A stretch of DNA of 64,000 nt from Bacteroidia bacterium 43-41 (GTDB lineage: Bacteria; Bacteroidota; Bacteroidia; Bacteroidales; Dysgonomonadaceae), in NCBI GenBank assembly GCA_001898165.1, contig MKTD01000003.1:58214-122213 (forward strand), written 5' to 3'. Positions 43,955 through 51,396 of this stretch are shown in pieces. Each line of letters starts with the position of its first letter. Position 1 is the stretch's first letter. Position numbers and translations under genes: made by a program. Below the pieces are notes generated by a model that was not told the origin of the DNA, did no database searches, and worked only from the letters and a program-made list of their open reading frames with translations.

Positions 43955-44301
43955 GCTCATGAAAGCCGCGGATAATCCATAAAACTTACCGGAATCCCGC
44001 TAAAAACAAAAATTTAAAGGCTACTCCCATGTCTCAAAAAAATAGTTGATTCTCGTGCGCTTTAAAATGTTATATTCTTATTGATTATTAGTGCTTTGAT
44101 GTAACAAATCAATGCAGAGAAAAGTGGTCGGATAAAATTATGAGGGTAAAAAAGGAAAAAAACGGAGAAAAATGCTTTAATTTGTGAAACTTTAGGAGAC
44201 CATTTTGCTATTCAAAAAGAATTATTTTTTAAGAGAGTTCTTTCTTGTTTTGGCGATAATAGCGAGGAAAAAATTTAAACAGTTTTTAAACACATAAAGA
44301 A

Positions 44302-44832
44302 ATGAAAAAAGGGATAATTTCAGTTTTACTGTCTGTTGTTGTTTTATTTGCATATGCGCAGAACGATAAACAAAAAAATCTATACGATTTCAAAGTTACT
44401 GATATCGATGGGAAGGAATTCGATATGGCACAGCTTAAAGGAAAAAAAGTTATGATCGTCAACGTTGCGTCAAAATGCGGGCTGACTCCGCAATACGAAC
44501 AACTTCAGGAGTTGTACGAAGAGTATAAAGACACTGGCTTTGTTATCATTGGATTTCCGGCGAACAACTTCAAAGATCAGGAACCCGGCTCCAACAAAGA
44601 AATAAAAGAGTTTTGCACCCTGAATTACGGCGTAACTTTTCCGATGATGGAAAAGGTAAGTGTGGCCGGAGATGATCAGGCTCCTATTTATAAGTGGTTG
44701 ACAAAAGAACAGGAAGTTACTTGGAACTTTCAAAAATTTCTGATTGACGAGAACGGAAATTTGGTGAATATTGTGATGCCTAAAGAAAGTCCCAAAAGCG
44801 AAGTTATTCTCAATTGGCTGACAAAAAATTAG
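44302..44832 (+). CDS. Glutathione peroxidase family protein (Cys type, with signal peptide)
   Basis: NVASKCGLTPQY, GFPANNF..QEPG, WNFQKFL. Confidence 0.93.
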   Translation: MKKGIISVLLSVVVLFAYAQNDKQKNLYDFKVTDIDGKEFDMAQLKGKKVMIVNVASKCGLTPQYEQLQELYEEYKDTGFVIIGFPANNFKDQEPGSNKEIKEFCTLNYGVTFPMMEKVSVAGDDQAPIYKWLTKEQEVTWNFQKFLIDENGNLVNIVMPKESPKSEVILNWLTKN

Positions 44833-45845
44833 TGCATTATTTTGTAAACCAATTCTTTAAGTAATTCACCAGGCGAAGCCGAAATATTATCAATTCCTTT
44901 GGATTTACCATCGAAAATACGTAAGTATGTGATGATTTCCATTACTTTGGAAGCATTGTAATTTCGCAAACCGCTCATATAATCGCGAGCAAAAAATGAC
45001 GATCTCAGGTTAAGCGCCGACATTACGTTTTGCTCGCTTTTTTGCGGTAACCAGAAGCACTCCAACAGATTGCTGAAGTAGCTGAACAAAACGGTCAAGG
45101 TTACAACGCCGGGGTTATCTTTCTGATTTTTACCAAAATGATCCACAATCGCATTGGCTTTCAGAATATTTTTTTCAGCTATCGCTTTCAGCAATTCAAA
45201 ATTGTTGTAATCTTTACTGACGCCCACGTTTTTTTCAATAAGCTCCGAAGTAATCGTGTTAGAGCCTTCGGGAAGGGAAACTTCCAATTTCTGGAGTTGC
45301 TGGATAAGTTTACTGATATCGTTCCCGACAAAATCGGTAATCATCTGGGACGATTTTTCATCGATCCTGATGTTTCTTTCTGAAAAATAGTTTTTTATAA
45401 ACGACGGAATCTGGTTTTCGTACAACTTCTTCGACTCAAATACCACCCCCCCGTTCTTCTCAATATTCTTCACCAAAGCTTTTCTTTTATCTACCGTACC
45501 GTGTTTGTAGTTAATAACCAGGACCGTACTTTTCAACGGATTTTTAGCGTAATAGTCCAACAGTTCAAACTTATTGAGTTCTTGCGCTTCTTTTACAACA
45601 ATAAGCAGATATTCAGCCATCATTGGAAAACGCCGTGCCGCAGCCACGATAGTATTCACATCGGAATCCACACCGTAAAAAGTGAGCATGTTGAAATCTT
45701 TTTCCGTTTCCGTCAGTACTTTCTCCAATAACAGTTCTGTCAATTGATCTATAAAATACGCTTCATCCCCCATCAATAAATAAATAGGAGCAAAATTCCG
45801 CTTGGAAATATCTTTTTTTAGTGAATCGAATGTAATGTTAGCCAT
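44829..45845 (-). CDS. holA: DNA polymerase III subunit delta
   Basis: PIYLLMGDEAYFID, DFN...YG, RFPMMA...VKEAQ, GVSKDYNNFEL. Confidence 0.9.
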   Translation of the reverse strand: MANITFDSLKKDISKRNFAPIYLLMGDEAYFIDQLTELLLEKVLTETEKDFNMLTFYGVDSDVNTIVAAARRFPMMAEYLLIVVKEAQELNKFELLDYYAKNPLKSTVLVINYKHGTVDKRKALVKNIEKNGGVVFESKKLYENQIPSFIKNYFSERNIRIDEKSSQMITDFVGNDISKLIQQLQKLEVSLPEGSNTITSELIEKNVGVSKDYNNFELLKAIAEKNILKANAIVDHFGKNQKDNPGVVTLTVLFSYFSNLLECFWLPQKSEQNVMSALNLRSSFFARDYMSGLRNYNASKVMEIITYLRIFDGKSKGIDNISASPGELLKELVYKIMH

Positions 45846-45866
45846 AGAAATATATATTGTCGCATA

Positions 45867-46643
45867 TCACCAGTCAAACCGAAGATGTTTTACTGTTGAG
45901 CCCCTGTTGATCAGCGTTGTAAGCGATTTGATACCAATTTTAACATGTTCTTCCACGAAATTCTCGGTAATGATCTTATCGCTTTTATCGGTTTTAACGC
46001 CTGTAGAAATCATGGGTTGATCCGAGACCAGTAACAGGGCGCCCGTAGGAATGTGATTGGCAAAACCGCATGTGAACAACGTTGCGGTCTCCATATCCAC
46101 AGCCATCACACGCAATCTTCGCAGGTAATTTTTAAATTCATCGTCATATTCCCACACACGGCGGTTGGTAGTGTAAACTGTTCCTGTCCAGTAATCACGG
46201 CCAAAGTCCCTGATGTTCGACGAAACGGCACGTAAGAGGCTAAACGCCGGAAGAGAAGGCACTTCGGGCGGAAGATAATCGTTTGAGGTCCCTTCCCCAC
46301 GGATGGCAGCAATGGGTAAAATATAATCGCCGAGTTCGTTTTGCGCTTTTATTCCGCCACATTTTCCCAGAAACAATGCCGCAGTTGGAGATATCGCACT
46401 CAGTAAATCCATAATGGTAGCTGCATTGGCACTCCCCATGCCAAAATTAATGATTGTGACACCATCAGACGACGCGCTAGGCATATTGGCATCCAGCCCC
46501 ACGATAGGAACGTTGAAGTGAGTGGCAAAAATTTCGACATATTTTTGAAAATTGGTCAACAGGATAAATTTAGTAAAATCTTCCAATGGACGCTTCGTAT
46601 AACGTGGAAGCCAATTTTCGACAATTTCTTGTTTGGTTCTCAT
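45867..46643 (-). CDS. amn: AMP nucleosidase (short Bacteroidota type)
   Basis: NWLPRYT, NFGMGSANAA, LGKCGG, DMETAT, LLVSD. Confidence 0.9.
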   Translation of the reverse strand: MRTKQEIVENWLPRYTKRPLEDFTKFILLTNFQKYVEIFATHFNVPIVGLDANMPSASSDGVTIINFGMGSANAATIMDLLSAISPTAALFLGKCGGIKAQNELGDYILPIAAIRGEGTSNDYLPPEVPSLPAFSLLRAVSSNIRDFGRDYWTGTVYTTNRRVWEYDDEFKNYLRRLRVMAVDMETATLFTCGFANHIPTGALLLVSDQPMISTGVKTDKSDKIITENFVEEHVKIGIKSLTTLINRGSTVKHLRFDW

Positions 46644-46692
46644 ATTTGATTTACTTTTGTCTGATCACTTTCCCGATGAACAAAGATAATAT

Positions 46693-47142
46693 ATGTACGC
46701 GTTAAATTTGCCATCTTTCGATGCTAAAATCCGAAAAAACCCGGACGGCTTGGAGATTTTCGACCCTTTGCGCCGGAAATATGTATCCATGACACCCGAA
46801 GAATGGGTGCGTCAGCATTTTGTACATTACCTGATTTTGGAAAAAGGGTATCCCGCTTCCTTAATGGCGAATGAAGCGATGATCAGGTTAAACTCCCTTA
46901 CGAGGCGCTGCGACACCGTTGTTTATAACAACACTCTCCGGCCGGTGGTTATCTGCGAGTTTAAAAAACCCGATGTGGAAATTACTCAACAGGTTTTCGA
47001 TCAGGTAGTGAGATACAATATTGTGTTGAAAGTGAAATACCTGATTGTTTCCAACGGGATATCGCACTACTGCTGCAGAATGAACTACGATGACATGTCG
47101 TTTGATTATTTACAGGAAATACCGGAGTATGCGAAATTGTAG
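46693..47142 (+). CDS. Stand-alone HsdR N-terminal-like PD-(D/E)XK nuclease domain protein
   Basis: TPEEWVRQ, RCDTVV, ICEFK, Q..RY, VSNG; no helicase domain. Confidence 0.8.
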   Translation: MYALNLPSFDAKIRKNPDGLEIFDPLRRKYVSMTPEEWVRQHFVHYLILEKGYPASLMANEAMIRLNSLTRRCDTVVYNNTLRPVVICEFKKPDVEITQQVFDQVVRYNIVLKVKYLIVSNGISHYCCRMNYDDMSFDYLQEIPEYAKL

Positions 47143-47153
47143 CTTTTCGCTTT

Positions 47154-48539
47154 TTACTTCTTCATCACATAAAGCTGAAAATTTTCGTATCGCTTTACGA
47201 CCACCTCGTCTCCCTTTTCTATAAATCCTTTCAACGATACAGCATCGTAGTATTGATCTCCTATCCTGACTTTTCCGGACGGGCGGAGCACAGTGGATGC
47301 GATCCCGGCCTGTCCAACCAACGCGAGCGGTTCCATAGGCACTGAAACATATCCTTCCTGGTCGGAAGCTAACGCAACCCTACTGAAAATACCCGGCTTT
47401 CCAATCCGGCTCGACATATAGATAATTAAAGCCAGACCCATTCCTATTCCAGCAGACACAACCATTATTGCCCGGAACAATTGCCTGAGGGATAAGCCGC
47501 TGAAGTTAAAACGAACATTGCCGATCAGGGCAAGTATTAAAGCAGCTAAAACGAGAATTATCCCCGAGATTCCCACAACCCCGAATCCGGGAATGACAAA
47601 AATCTCAAAGACTATCAGGATTAGACCCAGTACAAACAACAGGACTTCCCAGTTTTGGGCATAGCCGGTCAGATAAAGCGGCGTAAAATACAATATCGCT
47701 GCTGTTACGGCTATTGCAGTAGGGAAGCCAATTCCCGGCGTTTGCAGTTCGAAGTAGATGCCGCCGATAATTAACATGATCAGAATGGCCTGTAAAACTC
47801 CGTTCATCAACCCACCCTTTATTTTATCGTAGAGCGTTGGGTTATACGTCTCAATATCGTAATCGCTATAACCCAGGTACTGGACGGCTATCTGGTTGAT
47901 ATTTTCTACAATTCCGTCACAGTAATGCAACTCAACAGCCTGGCTTGCTGTTAATGTCAGTATCTGGGTAGAATCGGCGAAGCCGGGAATCACAATCTTT
48001 TCATCCACCATTGCCTCGGCAACTTTCGGGTCGCGTTTCCATTTCGTCAGCGTATCCCCGTTTTGGATAACCGTATCCCTGCCGTGGCTCTCCGCAGTAG
48101 CGCGCATCATTCCGCGCATATAAGACTGGTATTTGTCGGGAGCTTTGGAACCGTCCTGTCCGCTTACAACTGTTGCTGCCCCGATGGAAGCGCTGGATCT
48201 CATAAAAATACTGTCGCACGCAATGGAGATAAGCGCGCCGGCAGAAGCGGCATTATTATCTATAAAAACATAAACCGGAAGCTGAAAATTCAAAATGGCG
48301 GTCCGCATCGAATCGGCTTCAGCAACGGAACCACCGTATGTGTTCATATGAAGGAGTAAACAACTGGCTTTCTTATCCAAGGCCTGATGCATCCCGTTCT
48401 GCAAATATATCCAGGTGTTGCTTCCAATATTTTCCTTGATATTGATTTTGTAAATCAAAGGTTTTGAATTCTGTCCGTAAATCGAATTGAGAGACAAAAT
48501 GAAAAACAAAACTAAAATTTGCTTAATATTTTTCATCAT
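47154..48539 (-). CDS. nfeD: NfeD-family membrane-bound serine protease
   Basis: NTYGG, AASAGALIS, ELQTPGIG, C-terminal OB fold LRPSGKV. Confidence 0.88.
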   Translation of the reverse strand: MMKNIKQILVLFFILSLNSIYGQNSKPLIYKINIKENIGSNTWIYLQNGMHQALDKKASCLLLHMNTYGGSVAEADSMRTAILNFQLPVYVFIDNNAASAGALISIACDSIFMRSSASIGAATVVSGQDGSKAPDKYQSYMRGMMRATAESHGRDTVIQNGDTLTKWKRDPKVAEAMVDEKIVIPGFADSTQILTLTASQAVELHYCDGIVENINQIAVQYLGYSDYDIETYNPTLYDKIKGGLMNGVLQAILIMLIIGGIYFELQTPGIGFPTAIAVTAAILYFTPLYLTGYAQNWEVLLFVLGLILIVFEIFVIPGFGVVGISGIILVLAALILALIGNVRFNFSGLSLRQLFRAIMVVSAGIGMGLALIIYMSSRIGKPGIFSRVALASDQEGYVSVPMEPLALVGQAGIASTVLRPSGKVRIGDQYYDAVSLKGFIEKGDEVVVKRYENFQLYVMKK

Positions 48540-48637
48540 TCAATAGGTTTATGTTACAAAGATAGTTGTTTTTCGATTCTACATTGTCGCTTTTAAAAAA
48601 AACTGATTATATTTGCTCTTTTAAATTTAAATCTACT

Positions 48638-49012
48638 ATGTTTAAAATTTTAGTTAGTTTAGGTTCGAACATATACTCAAAACAGAATATTGACAGGGCA
48701 AGAAGAATGCTCGCTCACTATTTTCCCGATATTGTCTTTACCCAATCGATAATAACTACGGTCAACGACGAGAAGCATTTATTCCCGTTTAGGAATGTGC
48801 TGGCTGTTTTTCATAGCGACCAGCCTGCGGAAAAGATTATCCAAAAACTGAAATTGATAGAGTTTGCCATGGGGCGGCAACCGCGGGATAAAGAAGAGGG
48901 AAAGGTGATTATAGATATTGATCTGCTTCAATATGGCGACAACATTCTTCGTCCGGAGGATTACGAGAGAGCTTATGTGCAGGCTTTGTTGACTCAATTA
49001 ATCGGTCAATAG
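48638..49012 (+). CDS. Short HPPK (FolK)-like protein
   Basis: SLGSN, IEFAMGR, IDIDLL; 124 aa from ATG 48638. Confidence 0.75.
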   Translation: MFKILVSLGSNIYSKQNIDRARRMLAHYFPDIVFTQSIITTVNDEKHLFPFRNVLAVFHSDQPAEKIIQKLKLIEFAMGRQPRDKEEGKVIIDIDLLQYGDNILRPEDYERAYVQALLTQLIGQ

Positions 49013-51213
49013 TTCAATCTTGTCACCGATTTTACCCCTTTCACTGCTTTCAGTTTTTTCATTAATTGCTCCAGCATAGACGTGTTTGCTAACATTACCG
49101 TGATGTTTCCCTGAAATAGTCCATCGTTTGAATCAATGGAAATGGAGCGCATCTGTACGCCGTCTTCTTTTGAGATGATCGACATCAGGTTGGCTACAAT
49201 ATTGAGCTGATCGTTTCCGATAACGCGCAGCACGGAGGTATAGCTTGCCGTGCCCGATGCTTTGCCCGACCATCGGGCTTTCAGGATCCGGTAACCGAAC
49301 CGCGAAAACAGATCGTGTGCATTGGGGCAACTTATCCTGTGGATCTTAATCCCTTGCGAAGAGACAAATCCGAAAATCTCATCGCCGTAAATAGGGTTAC
49401 AGCACTTTGCCAACCTATAATCCACCCCGGTCAGGTTTTGATCGATAATAAGTTCATCTGTACTCTTTATATCCTGCGAATGCGGTTTAATAACAAAGTT
49501 GTCTGCACTCGTAGCAGTAGATAAATCCCTGTGTTCAATATCTTTACTCCCCAGCTCCAAGTAACGGTCTATTACCCAGTTTACTTCCAGTTTTTCAGCG
49601 GCGATATCGATATAAAAGTCGGTTACCGTTTTGTATTTTAACTTTTTAATCAGTTGCATCAGCAGCGGATCATCCAAATCTATCTTGCGGTTCTTCATTC
49701 GCCGCGACAACATTTCCTTAGCAATGTCCACCTGTTTTCCGGCTTCTTCCTTAAGCAACTGGCGGATTCGGGTCTTAGCTTTCGAAGTCACCACGTAATT
49801 CAACCAGTCCTGCTTGGGCGTCTGATGCGATGATGTGTTGATCTCTACCTGGTCGCCGCTCTTCAGCAAGTGTTTTATAGGCACATTCTTACCGTTCACC
49901 TTCCCCGACACGCAAGTGGAGCCCAATTTAGAATGTATTGCAAATGCAAAATCGAGTACCGATGCACCTTTAGGCAACTTGAACAGGTCGCCTTTCGGCG
50001 TAAAGACAAAGATCTCCTCTTCGTACAAATTGAGTTTGAAATCGCCCAGTTTATCCCTGATATCCACATCTTTGCTCTCGAGAGACTCCCGCAACGATTT
50101 TAACCAGTCGTCGAGCGTCGATTCTTCTTTCACCCCTTTGTATTTCCAGTGTGCAGCCAAACCCCGCTCGGCAATATCATCCATCCGCCGGGTCCTGATC
50201 TGCACTTCCACCCATTTTGAGTCCGGTCCCATCACCGTGATGTGTAACGACTCGTAACCGTTGCTTTTGGGTATGGAGAGCCAGTCTTTCAACCGCTTCG
50301 GATTGGGCTGATACATATCGGTTACAATGGAGTAAACCTGCCAGCAATGTGTCTTCTCCATCTCCGAAGGAGAATCGAGGATAATACGTATGGCAAAAAG
50401 GTCGTAAATATTATCAAACTCAATTTTTTGCTTTTTCAGCTTACTGTTGATGGAATGGATGGATTTTGTACGGCCCTTGATATCGTATTTCAGGCTGGTC
50501 TTATCGAGGCGTTCCTTTAACGGACGAATAAATTCCTCAATATATTTGTCGCGTGAGCGTTTGGTCTCATTCAGTTTTCGGGCAATGAAATCGTAGGTCT
50601 CCCGGTCGGTATATTTCAACGACAGGTCTTCCAGCTCCGATTTAATGGTGTATAACCCCAGCCGGTGTGCCAACGGCGCGTATAGATAGGCGGATTCAAC
50701 GGAAAGGTCCAATCGCTTTTCCGAAGTTATTTCTTTTGCATCGCGCATCAATTGCAGTTGCTCTGCCAGCAGGATGAACACCACACGAACATCTTCGGCA
50801 ATGGAGAGCAGCAGCTTGATGTAATTCTCCGACTCAACGCGTGATTTTTTTTCGGCCAGATCACTCACTTTCTTTAAACCCCGAAGAATTATTGCCACTT
50901 CGTCACCGAAATTCTTTCGGATATCATCTATTGCGACGTGCCCTTTCAATACCGGCCTGAACAATAAAGCCGCGCAGACCACCGCCTGCTTTAATCCAAT
51001 CTCATCGACTAAAATCGTAGCTGTCCTCATATCGAACAGAAGATTGTGCAGCAAGCCTTCCCGATTTTCATCAACGGATTTTTGCAAAGAATCCCTCACG
51101 GTTTTTTTCAACGAACCGGTTTTCTGCATACTCCATTTCTGCCGGAATAAATCGTACAGTTTCCGGTGCAAAAAAACATAGTCATCTATACGGATGTCGG
51201 GGTCTGTTTCCAT
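49006..51213 (-). CDS. relA: Long RelA/SpoT homologue ((p)ppGpp synthetase) with degenerate hydrolase domain
   Basis: APLAHRLG, GRTKS, DLFAIRI, NGYESLH, EVQIRT, TGS (FTPKG), CC (AKCCNP) and ACT domains; HD motif absent. Confidence 0.9.
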   Translation of the reverse strand: METDPDIRIDDYVFLHRKLYDLFRQKWSMQKTGSLKKTVRDSLQKSVDENREGLLHNLLFDMRTATILVDEIGLKQAVVCAALLFRPVLKGHVAIDDIRKNFGDEVAIILRGLKKVSDLAEKKSRVESENYIKLLLSIAEDVRVVFILLAEQLQLMRDAKEITSEKRLDLSVESAYLYAPLAHRLGLYTIKSELEDLSLKYTDRETYDFIARKLNETKRSRDKYIEEFIRPLKERLDKTSLKYDIKGRTKSIHSINSKLKKQKIEFDNIYDLFAIRIILDSPSEMEKTHCWQVYSIVTDMYQPNPKRLKDWLSIPKSNGYESLHITVMGPDSKWVEVQIRTRRMDDIAERGLAAHWKYKGVKEESTLDDWLKSLRESLESKDVDIRDKLGDFKLNLYEEEIFVFTPKGDLFKLPKGASVLDFAFAIHSKLGSTCVSGKVNGKNVPIKHLLKSGDQVEINTSSHQTPKQDWLNYVVTSKAKTRIRQLLKEEAGKQVDIAKEMLSRRMKNRKIDLDDPLLMQLIKKLKYKTVTDFYIDIAAEKLEVNWVIDRYLELGSKDIEHRDLSTATSADNFVIKPHSQDIKSTDELIIDQNLTGVDYRLAKCCNPIYGDEIFGFVSSQGIKIHRISCPNAHDLFSRFGYRILKARWSGKASGTASYTSVLRVIGNDQLNIVANLMSIISKEDGVQMRSISIDSNDGLFQGNITVMLANTSMLEQLMKKLKAVKGVKSVTRLNY

Positions 51214-51396
51214 TTTTGTCGTCTCAAGTCCGGTTTACAATGTAAAATTACAATTTTTTGGCATAAATCTGCGATTTTATCCACAAACTTGCCGCTGGAT
51301 AAGTCAAAAAATCTGTTTTGAAACTGCCCCTCCACGTTGCCATCTATTTCAATTCACAGCATTATTTATTAAATTTGCATTTCTAAAAACGAACAA

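Noticed and set aside
43748..43975. 75-aa ORF in the AT-rich spacer
   Set aside because: No recognisable motif; it overlies the box array and is likely a chance ORF
43383..44301. AT-rich spacer as oriC
   Set aside because: I see no cluster of canonical DnaA boxes (TTATCCACA), and a dif-like site lies only ~38 kb away. Not formally excluded without a genome-wide skew analysis.
44302..44832. Selenoprotein glutathione peroxidase
   Set aside because: The active-site codon is TGC (Cys) and there is no in-frame TGA
46693..47142. Type I restriction-modification or defence locus
   Set aside because: No hsdM, hsdS or helicase; the gene is embedded among housekeeping genes
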